Shown one piece after another: positions 43,896 through 52,642 of a stretch of DNA of 62,215 nucleotides (position 1 is its first letter; the number at the start of each line of letters is the position of its first letter). The notes beneath the pieces were generated by a model that was not told the origin of the DNA, did not search any database, and saw only the letters and a program-made list of their open reading frames with translations. Source of the DNA: Candidatus Nomurabacteria bacterium (GTDB taxonomy: Bacteria > Patescibacteriota > Minisyncoccia > Phycocordibacterales > UBA9973); NCBI GenBank assembly GCA_020850295.1, contig JADZEV010000003.1, positions 1 to 62,215 on the forward strand, written 5' to 3'. The position numbers and the translations under genes are program-made.

Positions 43896-44387
43896 ATGAA
43901 AAGCAAAATAAACTATATAAAAGGTTTTACGCTTATTGAGCTACTTGTTGTTGTTGGAGTTATCGGCATATTGGCTGCTGTTGTTTTAGCAAGCTTAAAT
44001 AGCGCTAGAGCAAAAGGAAAAGATGCGGCTATAAAACAATCAATGAAAGAATTTCAAAATTTATTAGCTTTAGAATTTAACGACACTGGTAGCTATGCAA
44101 ATCTTCAACCTGGAGCTTGGTTCCCTCAAACTGCTTGTAGCTCATCATTTGGTGGCAACTATGCAACACAAGCAAGAGCTATTTGTACCAAAATAGTTAC
44201 TGATGGATCCAGCTGGAGTGGCGCAATTTATAAATTCTACGCTGGAAATTCTGTTAGCTCTGCTCAAACATACTCCATAATGGGAGCGCTAAATAACCAA
44301 AACACTTTTCACTGTGTTGGTAATAGCGGTAATTCATCTACTGATGCAGGATCCTTCACCGGCACTGGTTGTTACGGAAATCCTTAA
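43896..44387 (+). CDS. type IV pilin-like protein (prepilin N-terminal cleavage/methylation domain)
   Basis: KGFTLIELLVVVGVIGILAAVVL, and Cys pairs in the C-terminal part. Confidence 0.8.
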   Translation: MKSKINYIKGFTLIELLVVVGVIGILAAVVLASLNSARAKGKDAAIKQSMKEFQNLLALEFNDTGSYANLQPGAWFPQTACSSSFGGNYATQARAICTKIVTDGSSWSGAIYKFYAGNSVSSAQTYSIMGALNNQNTFHCVGNSGNSSTDAGSFTGTGCYGNP

Positions 44388-44435
44388 AGTTTGACTTATC
44401 TAAAAAAAGTGTTAATGTTTTAAAAACATTAAAAT

Positions 44436-45089
44436 ATGAAAACAGTTATTATTACGGTAATTGCTATTTTGATTATAGCAATATTTGTTATTTCTTATTT
44501 CAAAAATAAATCTTATAAAAATCAAATTAATAAAAAACGAAGAGATAAGCAGAACCAAAAAAATATAAGACACGTTAGTGAAATTATTTTAGGGAGCTAT
44601 CTTAAGATTAGCGGAAAAAAAAGAAGAAAGTCAATTAGAGCATTTGCTCGCTGGCAAACGAAAGAGAATAACCTTTGGGATAATGCATCGAAAGATCAAA
44701 ATGATTTGATCATAGATTATATGCTTGGCAAGGAAGATAAATTTTCTTTTACACCGATTATAGAACAAGAAAATCCTTGCAAAAAGTCTAAGGGTTATCC
44801 TGATGGTTACGAGCTTTTTATTAAAAATGCCTTCACGGACCCATTCCCTTCTCTTCATGATATGCCTGAATGGGCAATAAGTAATAAGCTTTCAGAAATC
44901 TTTATTGTTTATAATATTTCACCTGAAGACTCTAGTCGTTATCTTTTTCATTTGAAAAATCATTATGCTAATCACAAAATGACACAAGCGATAATTCAGT
45001 TTGATCTCTGGAAGATTTCTGAGCCTAAAATTAAATCAAGGTTTGAAAATAGACTAAAGCAATTTACAAAAGGAACTGGAGACTGGTAA
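44436..45089 (+). CDS. hypothetical membrane-anchored protein
   Basis: One TM helix, a very basic linker, and a 150-aa C-terminal domain. No family recognised. Confidence 0.55.
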   Translation: MKTVIITVIAILIIAIFVISYFKNKSYKNQINKKRRDKQNQKNIRHVSEIILGSYLKISGKKRRKSIRAFARWQTKENNLWDNASKDQNDLIIDYMLGKEDKFSFTPIIEQENPCKKSKGYPDGYELFIKNAFTDPFPSLHDMPEWAISNKLSEIFIVYNISPEDSSRYLFHLKNHYANHKMTQAIIQFDLWKISEPKIKSRFENRLKQFTKGTGDW

Positions 45090-45110
45090 TAAACAGAGAA
45101 TTAGAATTAA

Positions 45111-45140
45111 AAGCTGTAATTATACGGCTTTTTTATTTTT
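45111..45140. terminator. bidirectional terminator (44436 gene / tRNA-Glu)
   Basis: AAGCTGTA / TACGGCTT stem followed by T run. Confidence 0.65.
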
Positions 45141-45149
45141 TGAAATCTG

Positions 45150-45221
45150 TGACCCTACGGGGAATCGAACCCCGATTACCGCCTTGAGAAGGCGATGTCC
45201 TAACCGTTAGACGATAGGGCC
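45150..45221 (-). tRNA. tRNA-Glu (anticodon CUC)
   Basis: Hand-folded 72 nt: GGCCCTA/TAGGGTC acceptor, GTCT-AACGGTTA-GGAC D arm, TCGCC-TTCTCAA-GGCGG anticodon arm, CGGGG-TTCGATT-CCCCG T arm. CCA is not encoded. Confidence 0.9.
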
Positions 45222-45340
45222 AATTTATTTATTTGTAATGACATCGCCTTACAGGCTTACTTATTGTCTCATAAATATCGACAATTTCCTCGCTAGCTCG
45301 GAACCAGATGAAAAGTAAAGCAGTTTACTTTTCATTCCAA

Positions 45341-45362
45341 TAACCGTTAGACGATAGGGCCA
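45341..45362 (-). repeat. exact 22-nt copy of the tRNA-Glu 5' end (direct repeat of 45201-45222)
   Basis: TAACCGTTAGACGATAGGGCCA occurs twice, 140 nt apart. Confidence 0.95.
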
Positions 45363-45380
45363 TAAAAACAGTGCGACAAT

Positions 45381-45409
45381 ACTATACAGAGAATTTTTCT
45401 ATTTTTCAA
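45381..45409 (-). promoter_or_regulatory. promoter upstream of the partial tRNA copy
   Basis: TTGAAA (45409-45404), 17-nt spacer, TATAGT (45386-45381). Confidence 0.55.
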
Positions 45410-45417
45410 GCTTATTT

Positions 45418-45446
45418 TTGACAAAGTAAACATATATAAGTATTAT
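45418..45446 (+). promoter_or_regulatory. promoter of the 45461 gene
   Basis: TTGACA (45418-45423), 17-nt spacer, TATTAT (45441-45446). Confidence 0.55.
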
Positions 45447-45460
45447 CAGAAAAAAATATT

Positions 45461-45943
45461 ATGGACATTAAAAATAGCACTTACGAAAATGTTAATGAGA
45501 TTTACTCCTTTGCTGGTTCTGGCAACCTTTGTTTCTGCGATGATTATAAATATAATAAAAGGCTTTATAACATTGTTTATCCATCTGTCAGACATACGGT
45601 ATTATCATGGAAAACGGATGATTTAGATATTAAAAAACGAATTTCAGAAACACTGTTACCTGCTAATTTGAAAGAGTTAGAAAACTCTATTAGATTAACA
45701 AGTAGTCTCTGGAAATGGGGTTTTATAAAAAACTTTTTTGAAGAATATACACTTAAAAAATTCTCGGAAAATCCGGAGTTTGCCAAAAAATTATTAGCCA
45801 CATATCCAAAAAAAATCATAGGTGGATTATTACCAGGTCAAGCAAACTTTATGATAAATGAACTTCAAGATATACCTGGATATGAAGGTAAAGTTTTAAT
45901 GCAAGTAAGAGATAATTTAAGAAAACAAAAAGTCCTCATCTGA
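45461..45943 (+). CDS. NADAR (YbiA)-like protein, divergent
   Basis: 160 aa. YPSVRHTVLS aligns with WPTSEHYFQA of YbiA, and KFSENPEFAKKLLATYPKKIIG aligns with KFEQHAELRALLLATAPAKLVE. The alignment is by eye. Confidence 0.45.
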   Translation: MDIKNSTYENVNEIYSFAGSGNLCFCDDYKYNKRLYNIVYPSVRHTVLSWKTDDLDIKKRISETLLPANLKELENSIRLTSSLWKWGFIKNFFEEYTLKKFSENPEFAKKLLATYPKKIIGGLLPGQANFMINELQDIPGYEGKVLMQVRDNLRKQKVLI

Positions 45944-45952
45944 GGACTTTTT
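45928..45952. terminator. bidirectional terminator
   Basis: AAAGTCCTC / GAGGACTTT followed by T run. Contains the TGA stop of the 45461 gene. Confidence 0.75.
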
Positions 45953-45957
45953 TATTA

Positions 45958-46689
45958 CTAATTAGAGACATCTCCTTCGTGGTGCATTTCTTCTTTTTGT
46001 TCTTCTGGTTCAGTTTGTACCTCAGGCTCTGGAGCTAATATTTCCTTTGGCTGAACTACTACTTCATTGTGAGAATGATTGCCGTGAAAAACAGTAAGGG
46101 CACGGTAGAACTTTGCCATAAGTATCATAGCCAGTGGATATGTTACTAAAATACCTACACCAAAGAGAATAAATCCTACCAAATACAAGCCTCCTGCAAC
46201 TATACCAACTAAAACAGTAGTCCAAAAAATATCACCCTTTGTCAGGTTCCATGAAGTGCGAACTGCGTTTCTAACACCATTATTTTTATCCAAGAAAGCA
46301 AAATTTGCCAAACTAAGTCTGAAAGCTACCCAGATACCTGGAATGATAAGCAGAACTAGACCAGCTACAACAAACAAAAGACTAAGAAGTCCTACCCCAA
46401 TCATACCTAAGGCTTGTTGCCATGTTGGAAGCATTTCTTGAACATGTTTAAAAGAAAACTTTTCTTCTTTGTTATCAGAAGCTGCTAAAGCGAATTTTAT
46501 AACGACGATAGACCAAACAACTGAAGCTACTGTTAGTATTAGAGAGATAACGACCGGTACATGCTTGCCTGCGCCTAAAAAGTTTATAACGACAGAAACA
46601 GCAGAAAGTCCAACAAAAAACCAAAAGTGTCTTTTAAATAATTGCCAAGATTCTCTAAGTGTACCTCGTATCGAAAAAGTAAATTCCAT
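45958..46689 (-). CDS. polytopic membrane protein (DUF975-like topology)
   Basis: 5-6 TM helices and an acidic C-terminal tail. The family guess is weak. Confidence 0.5.
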   Translation of the reverse strand: MEFTFSIRGTLRESWQLFKRHFWFFVGLSAVSVVINFLGAGKHVPVVISLILTVASVVWSIVVIKFALAASDNKEEKFSFKHVQEMLPTWQQALGMIGVGLLSLLFVVAGLVLLIIPGIWVAFRLSLANFAFLDKNNGVRNAVRTSWNLTKGDIFWTTVLVGIVAGGLYLVGFILFGVGILVTYPLAMILMAKFYRALTVFHGNHSHNEVVVQPKEILAPEPEVQTEPEEQKEEMHHEGDVSN

Positions 46690-46707
46690 GTTTTTAGCTA
46701 TTCCAGA

Positions 46708-48423
46708 TTATCTATCTGGGGTTAATTCATAATAACTCGTCATGAATTGTACCATTTCAAAAAAGGGCTCGGCAAGGGTTTGCGAAGAGAACGAGGCCCC
46801 CTTTGGAAAGTTGTTAAAAAGATATAAAACATACTTTGGATCTGAGGCTGGGAAATACCCTATAAGAGAGTGAAAATTTCTATCTGTATAGTAGCCAGTA
46901 CCGTCGGGTTTCGCCATTTGAGCGGTACCTGTTTTAGCGGCAACACTGTAGTGAGCCAGTCCTCTGTTATAACCTTTATCAACAACTTTGACCAACATAT
47001 CAGTAATAGTTGAAATAGTACTTGGGGACAAAATAGCTACATCCTCCTTTGGATAATCTAAGGTTTTGATTAAGCCACTTTCTTGTTTTATTTCTTTGGC
47101 TAAATGGGGTGTTACCAAATATCCTCCATTTGCAAGTGAGGCATAAGCTCTAACAATGTTTAGTGGAGTGGTAGCAATACCTTGCCCAAAAGAGGCAGCG
47201 GCATAGTTAACATCATTTGTTCCCTTTAACCCACCAACAAGGCCGTGTATTTCTCCGGGAAGATCAACCCCTGTCTTTTCTCCTATTTTATACCTGTTTA
47301 ATAAATAACTTTTAAAATTTTCTTTTCCTATTTTTTGTCCAACAAATATCATACCTGTGTTTAGAGACTGACTTAAGACTTGTTGCATTGAAACATTATT
47401 TCCTCTACCTTTTTTATCAAAGTTACTAAATGTTCTATCTTGAATTTTAACTGAACCAGAGTCGTTGTATGTAGTCTCAGGAGAAACTACTCCCGTATCA
47501 ATACCTATAGCCATAACAAGTGGTTTTATAATAGAACCCATCTCATAAACATCTTGAGAAAAAGGATTACTATAAATAGATACATCTTTTTCTTTTCCAA
47601 ATTCATTTAAATCAAAAGTTGGTACATGAGCCATTGCTACTATTTCACCAGTATTTGGATCCATAACTACTCCTCCTGCTGCGTCACTGCCCCACCTTTC
47701 TTTGATACGAGCAACTGTAGTTTCTAGCTGAGACTGTACTGTCGGTTCGATGGTAGTAATAATATCCCCTGTTGTGCTCTTATTTTTAAAAAGATTTGAT
47801 TGAACATTTGCAAAAATCTCTGCAAAGAAATTTATATAGAAACTATTTTCCCCTCTAGATAAGACATCATTATAATATCTCTCAAGGCCATACCTACCTA
47901 TTAAAGTATTTTCTTTAAAAGAGACAAAACCTAGAGCTTTAGCTGCTATTTCAGCACCAGGATAAAATCTCCATTTTTGGCGATAAATACTTACTCCCGG
48001 AAGATCTAGGGCAATAATTTTGTCGGACTCTTCTTGGGTAAGCTTAAAAGCAATTTCTTCATAAGGATCATTTTTCTTATTGGCCTTACTGAAAAAAACT
48101 TCACTCTCTATAGGAACAATACTATTCAAAGCTTCGTATGTTTTTTGTAAATCTGTTATCTTTGTTGGATTTATGGCAAGTTTAAAACCAGATGCAACAG
48201 TTGCAGCTGCGACTGTTGTGCCATTTTTTTTAGTAAAATAAATACTTCCTCTATCAAAAACATCATTTGTTGATGTTAGATATTGCCTTTGTGCTTTTTC
48301 TTTATAAAAATTTTGATTTATTATCTGAAGCGTAAAAAGTCTAACAACAATAGCTAGACTAAAGATAATAATTAATCCTATAAGAACCCTGATTCTTCTT
48401 CTGTGTATTTTAGCGTCCTGCAT
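46708..48423 (-). CDS. ftsI: penicillin-binding protein (FtsI/PBP3-type transpeptidase)
   Basis: SIIKP (SxxK), SNF-like SxN, KTGTA. It sits after rsmH and the ftsL-like gene. The start is placed at MQDAKIH. Confidence 0.85.
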   Translation of the reverse strand: MQDAKIHRRRIRVLIGLIIIFSLAIVVRLFTLQIINQNFYKEKAQRQYLTSTNDVFDRGSIYFTKKNGTTVAAATVASGFKLAINPTKITDLQKTYEALNSIVPIESEVFFSKANKKNDPYEEIAFKLTQEESDKIIALDLPGVSIYRQKWRFYPGAEIAAKALGFVSFKENTLIGRYGLERYYNDVLSRGENSFYINFFAEIFANVQSNLFKNKSTTGDIITTIEPTVQSQLETTVARIKERWGSDAAGGVVMDPNTGEIVAMAHVPTFDLNEFGKEKDVSIYSNPFSQDVYEMGSIIKPLVMAIGIDTGVVSPETTYNDSGSVKIQDRTFSNFDKKGRGNNVSMQQVLSQSLNTGMIFVGQKIGKENFKSYLLNRYKIGEKTGVDLPGEIHGLVGGLKGTNDVNYAAASFGQGIATTPLNIVRAYASLANGGYLVTPHLAKEIKQESGLIKTLDYPKEDVAILSPSTISTITDMLVKVVDKGYNRGLAHYSVAAKTGTAQMAKPDGTGYYTDRNFHSLIGYFPASDPKYVLYLFNNFPKGASFSSQTLAEPFFEMVQFMTSYYELTPDR

Positions 48424-48742
48424 TCCAAGCAAATGCACTTTGTTTGGTAGTAAAAACCAAATTCTTTGCATCTATAAGACCAGCATTATGAGCGACTTCT
48501 TTTGTCAGTTTTTTCTCTTGAGCCAAGTATTTTAGTTCTTCCATGCCAATATCAGAAAGTAGATTTCTATTTTGCTCTTCAAGGCCCTTTCGCTCTACAA
48601 CTGAGAAGGTTATGGAACCGACGACATACAAATAACAAACAAATAAAATACCTGTACCAACGAAGCAATATGTGCTCATTTTTTTCAAAATAATGCTATA
48701 TCCTCCGAAATCTTTTATATTGTTTTTTATTTGTGTCATCAT
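48410..48742 (-). CDS. FtsL-like single-pass cell-division protein
   Basis: 110 aa with one TM helix and a short coiled coil, in the canonical slot between rsmH and ftsI. Confidence 0.45.
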   Translation of the reverse strand: MMTQIKNNIKDFGGYSIILKKMSTYCFVGTGILFVCYLYVVGSITFSVVERKGLEEQNRNLLSDIGMEELKYLAQEKKLTKEVAHNAGLIDAKNLVFTTKQSAFAWNAGR

Positions 48743-48744
48743 AT

Positions 48745-49614
48745 TTATATTTTTTCTATAATTCTTAATTTTGCACTACGAGAGCGAGGATTTATTTCTA
48801 GTTCTTGTTTATTTGGAGTAATGGGTTTTTTTGTGATAACGCGTTTTTCTTCTTTTTGATTTTTCATCCACTGCTTTACAATTCGATCTTCTAAGCTATG
48901 AAATGTTATAACTGCGATTCTTCCAGATGAGCCAAGAGATGCCCACCAAGAATCAAGAGCTTCCTTTAATACATTTAGTTCATCATTAACTGCTATACGA
49001 AGAGCTTGAAAAGTTTTAGTTGCAGGATGTAGTTTGCCTTTTCTTTTAATCGTATTAGAAATTAGGTCGGCTAGATCTTTTGATGTTTTTATTGGTAGGT
49101 CTTTTCTTCTAGAGACTATGGCTTTGGCTATCTTTCGAGCAAATGTTTCTTCGCCGTAATAATAGATAATGTCGGCAATCGAGGATTCTTCCCAAGTATT
49201 TACTATGTCGTAAGCGTTAAAACCAGTGTGAGAACCTGTTTTTGAAAGCGTCATAGCAAGTGGACTATCACTGTTGAAAGAAAATCCTCTACTGTCTTGG
49301 TCGAGCTGAAATGAGCTAGTACCAATATCTAGAAGGATCTTATTAGCAATTGACTCTTTCGCTAAAGATAATATTTGTTTAGCATTTTTGTAGTTGTCTT
49401 GAACAAATACTACATCTGAATCCTTAAACACTTTTTCAAATCTTTCTTTAGCATCTTCGTCTAGATCGACACAAATAAGTTTAATATCTTTACCAAAAGA
49501 TTCATAAATAGCCTTACTGTGTCCACCACCTCCAAAAGTTCCGTCTACAACAACATCTCCTTTTTTAATTTCGAGAGCAGTTATTGATTCATGTAAAAGT
49601 ACAGGGATATGCAT
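48745..49614 (-). CDS. rsmH: 16S rRNA (cytosine1402-N4)-methyltransferase
   Basis: HIPVLL.E, DGTFGGGGHS, DLGTSS-like DIGTSSFQLD, FHSLEDR. Confidence 0.93.
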   Translation of the reverse strand: MHIPVLLHESITALEIKKGDVVVDGTFGGGGHSKAIYESFGKDIKLICVDLDEDAKERFEKVFKDSDVVFVQDNYKNAKQILSLAKESIANKILLDIGTSSFQLDQDSRGFSFNSDSPLAMTLSKTGSHTGFNAYDIVNTWEESSIADIIYYYGEETFARKIAKAIVSRRKDLPIKTSKDLADLISNTIKRKGKLHPATKTFQALRIAVNDELNVLKEALDSWWASLGSSGRIAVITFHSLEDRIVKQWMKNQKEEKRVITKKPITPNKQELEINPRSRSAKLRIIEKI

Positions 49615-50049
49615 TTAAAGTACGCCAACATTACCGAGTTTCTCAGCTAGTTGGTCCGCTTGTTCTTCAACCGACTTTTTATAAATATCCCAAGATTTTT
49701 GATCCCAAAGTTCTACCCGTGTGTGTACACCCACAATGGCGACCTTACCTGAGAGTCCTGCCCTGTCTTTGAGGAAATCTGGGATAAGGATCCGCCCTTG
49801 TGGATCTACACCTACTTCTGTAGCACCACCTAAAAGATACCTATTGAAACTTCGATTGTCAGATTGAAGCATTGAGCTATCAGCTAACTTGCCTGCAATC
49901 CTAGACCATTCTTTCTGAGTGAATATAAACAAACATTTATCAAGACCAGGTGTAATAACAACACTCTTCCCCATTTCTTTTCGAAACTTAATAGGAAAAG
50001 ACATTCTGTTCTTGTTATCTATTGTGTGTTTATATTCTCCGATTAACAT
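49615..50049 (-). CDS. mraZ: transcriptional regulator MraZ
   Basis: Duplicated SpoVT/AbrB-like halves: DNKNRMSFP and DPQGRILIP. Confidence 0.93.
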   Translation of the reverse strand: MLIGEYKHTIDNKNRMSFPIKFRKEMGKSVVITPGLDKCLFIFTQKEWSRIAGKLADSSMLQSDNRSFNRYLLGGATEVGVDPQGRILIPDFLKDRAGLSGKVAIVGVHTRVELWDQKSWDIYKKSVEEQADQLAEKLGNVGVL

Positions 50050-50070
50050 TTTGCCCTTAAATTACGATTT

Positions 50071-50107
50071 ACCACTTCTTACCACTTAGTACCATTTTAC
50101 TCCACTT
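50071..50107 (-). promoter_or_regulatory. MraZ operator: four direct repeats at exact 10-nt period
   Basis: Minus strand AAGTGGa / AAATGGt / AAGTGGt / AAGTGGt. On the plus strand these are CCAC/CCAT at 50072, 50082, 50092 and 50102. Confidence 0.7.
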
Positions 50108-50123
50108 GATTCCCTATTAGCAA
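50094..50123 (-). promoter_or_regulatory. candidate mraZ (dcw) promoter
   Basis: TTGCTA (50123-50118), 18-nt spacer, TAAAAT (50099-50094). It overlaps the repeat array. Confidence 0.45.
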
Positions 50124-50143
50124 ATAAAATACCTGTGGAAAAC

Positions 50144-50172
50144 AAAAAAGCCACCTAAATTAGGGGCTTTTT
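50144..50172 (-). terminator. intrinsic terminator after greA
   Basis: AGCCCCTAA / TTAGGTGGCT hairpin (one bulge) followed by T6 on the minus strand. Confidence 0.7.
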
Positions 50173-50185
50173 GTTTTAAGATATC

Positions 50186-50644
50186 TTAACTAACCGAAAC
50201 TATTTTATAGAGAGTATCACCTTTTGGGGTGGCAACAGTTATGTTGTCACCCTTTTTATTTCCTATTAGTGCTTGCCCTATAGGACTTTTATAAGAAATT
50301 TTACCAGAAAGCATATCTGTTTCATCTGAGCCTACGATGACAAAAGTTCTATTGTTGCTTTCACCTTCTTTTTGGATAACGACAGTTGAGCCTACGGCGA
50401 TAGATCCGTCACTTGGTTTTTCTACCACCTCTCCGTATTTGAGTGTGTATTCTATTTGTTTTATTCTATCTTCAAGTTTGCCTTGCGCTTCTCGAGCGGC
50501 GTGATATTCAGCATTTTCTGATAAATCACCCAAGCTCTTGGCGTATTCAACAGCTGCAATTATTTCTTTGCGTTTTGGACCAGAGAGCTCTTGTAACTCT
50601 TTCTCTAGAGATTCTTTATTTTCTTTAGTAATATATTCTTTCAT
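50186..50644 (-). CDS. greA: transcription elongation factor GreA
   Basis: Coiled-coil N-terminus with GDLSENAEYHAAREAQ and an FKBP-like C-terminal domain. Confidence 0.93.
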   Translation of the reverse strand: MKEYITKENKESLEKELQELSGPKRKEIIAAVEYAKSLGDLSENAEYHAAREAQGKLEDRIKQIEYTLKYGEVVEKPSDGSIAVGSTVVIQKEGESNNRTFVIVGSDETDMLSGKISYKSPIGQALIGNKKGDNITVATPKGDTLYKIVSVS

Positions 50645-50673
50645 AACTAAGGAATAAATATATATCTTTTTAA

Positions 50674-52347
50674 TTAGTTCGTCAAAAGTTCTGGATTATC
50701 TTTGAAGACTTGTAAAACCGGTTTGAAAGCATGTACCGCTCCAGAAGAAACTTTGGGACCATCTTCCATCAAAACAGTAAAGGCAAACTGAGGATTTTCA
50801 GATGGGAAAAATCCTATAGCCCAAGAGTTAACCCTAGTATTGTTTTTTATCTGAGCAGTACCTGATTTTGCCGCTATATGAATAGTATCATCATTTAATG
50901 CTCTAGTTGTTCCTTCAAGTACTCCCAAACGCATACCTTCATGAACGGCAGTATAAGAATTTTTATTAATACCAACCTCTGCACCATCTGGAGCTTTGTC
51001 TATTTTTTTAATTGTTGGAATTTGCAAATTACCTCGAGAGGCTATGCCGGCTATAGCTCTAACCATTTGTATCGGTGTTACTTGAAAACCATACTGACCT
51101 ATAGAAGTGTTATAAGTATCTCCAACACGCCAAGGATCTCCTGGGAATCTTTTGGCTTTCCATTCTATACTTGGAATATTACCCTCTCTTTCGCCCCCTA
51201 TGTCTACTCCTGTTTTTTGTCCTATACCAAAAGCTTTAGCGTATTTTTCTAGTAAATTAATACCTAAACCTTTTTGGCTACCAAAACCTCCACCTATTTG
51301 ATAAAAGTAAACATTAGAAGAAACAGCCAGAGCTTTTTTCATATCAACAGGTCCGTGATTTGCATTGTCTCTAAATACTGTTGTTAGGCTCGGATTATAA
51401 GGATTTGGTATTTCAAGTTTGCCATTTGTATAAATAATTTTATTTGGAGTTATGATGCCTTCTTCAAGAGCACCAAGAGCAAAAAATGGTTTTACTATAG
51501 ATCCGGGAGTATAAACTCCATCAATCGCACGGTTAAGAAGTGGCTTTGAAGAACCCTGTAAATAGTTTTTTATAGTGCTACTGTCTTTACCTTCCGAAAT
51601 AATATTTGAATTATATTCTGGATAACTTGTTATCGCATATAATTCCCCTGTTTTTATATCCATAACTAAACCTGTACCTCCAACATATCCTGATTGACTG
51701 GCTAAGTCAGCTATGCCTTTATAGAGTGCCTCTTGAATCCTACTATCTAAAGATAAGTAAATATTTTCACCAGATATGGGCGCTTCTATGCCTCCTTCAG
51801 AAACAACTTCTCCTGAGACATTGGTTTCAACTAATTTTTTACCATTTTGACCAGATAAAATTTCATCAAACTCTTTTTCTGCGCCATCTTTACCAATAGT
51901 TTTTTGTTGCCAAAGTTTACCTTTAGAATCTTTGGCTGGATAAGATACATAGCCCAAAACATTTGCAAAACCATGTTTTGAAGTGTATGAGCGCTTCGTC
52001 AAACCAATACTTTCATCTATAAAATTCCAAACGAGCTCTACGCCATTTCTGTCATAAATAACGCCTCTATCAGCAAATATAGGTATGCTATCTAGACTGT
52101 TATTTTCACTTTTTGTGGCATATTCTTGACCTTTAACAACCTGAACATTTATTAAGCGTATAGCAAAAATAGAAGCAATAAAAATTATAGCTACAAAAAG
52201 AGATCCTATTGTACTTTTACTAATAGGTCTCTCTAGTTGACCTTCAAACTGTTGCCTATCAAAAGATGGTAAGTTGTGAACATCAAGAAGTATTTCATCT
52301 GGGTAGAGTTCGTGTATTTTCTTTTTTTTATTTCTTTTCAAAATCAT
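50674..52347 (-). CDS. mrdA: penicillin-binding protein 2 (elongasome transpeptidase)
   Basis: SIVKP (SxxK), SSN, KSGTA. It is preceded by a small MreD-like membrane gene. Confidence 0.8.
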   Translation of the reverse strand: MILKRNKKKKIHELYPDEILLDVHNLPSFDRQQFEGQLERPISKSTIGSLFVAIIFIASIFAIRLINVQVVKGQEYATKSENNSLDSIPIFADRGVIYDRNGVELVWNFIDESIGLTKRSYTSKHGFANVLGYVSYPAKDSKGKLWQQKTIGKDGAEKEFDEILSGQNGKKLVETNVSGEVVSEGGIEAPISGENIYLSLDSRIQEALYKGIADLASQSGYVGGTGLVMDIKTGELYAITSYPEYNSNIISEGKDSSTIKNYLQGSSKPLLNRAIDGVYTPGSIVKPFFALGALEEGIITPNKIIYTNGKLEIPNPYNPSLTTVFRDNANHGPVDMKKALAVSSNVYFYQIGGGFGSQKGLGINLLEKYAKAFGIGQKTGVDIGGEREGNIPSIEWKAKRFPGDPWRVGDTYNTSIGQYGFQVTPIQMVRAIAGIASRGNLQIPTIKKIDKAPDGAEVGINKNSYTAVHEGMRLGVLEGTTRALNDDTIHIAAKSGTAQIKNNTRVNSWAIGFFPSENPQFAFTVLMEDGPKVSSGAVHAFKPVLQVFKDNPELLTN

Positions 52348-52609
52348 ATTTTTGTCTTACTCTAGTTGTCCTAACTACCAAAAAATAAACCAGTAAAATT
52401 AAAGATACTAATAAAAATGTTTTGTTATTGTTTAAAAATAAACCTGTATGAGGCGCATACCAAATGTCAGCAAAAAGAGCAGGGGCTAAAACTAAAATCT
52501 TATGTTTGATAACAAAAATAGCATATACAAATATCACCATCTGAGCCCAAAAAGGTAGAAATACAGTTGCGACAAACAAAACTGCTATATAAAAAATAGA
52601 CCTAAGCAT
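52328..52609 (-). CDS. small polytopic membrane protein (MreD-like by position)
   Basis: 93 aa, 3 TM helices, overlaps the PBP2 start by 20 nt. The assignment is positional only. Confidence 0.35.
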   Translation of the reverse strand: MLRSIFYIAVLFVATVFLPFWAQMVIFVYAIFVIKHKILVLAPALFADIWYAPHTGLFLNNNKTFLLVSLILLVYFLVVRTTRVRQKYDFEKK

Positions 52610-52642
52610 AGGGTTATTTTAGCACAACTAAAAAATATTTAA

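Noticed and set aside
45223-45340. Possibility that the 119-nt segment between the two tRNA-Glu 5' copies is a tRNA intron or an integrated mobile element.
   Set aside because: It is far too short for a group I/II intron or an integrative element, and it carries no integrase. The duplicated part is the 5' end only, so splicing would be redundant. It is kept as a finding, but not under those labels.
50071-50107. The 10-nt periodic repeats considered as a mini CRISPR or tandem-repeat array.
   Set aside because: The units are only ~7 nt and lack spacer architecture. Their position and motif fit the MraZ operator.
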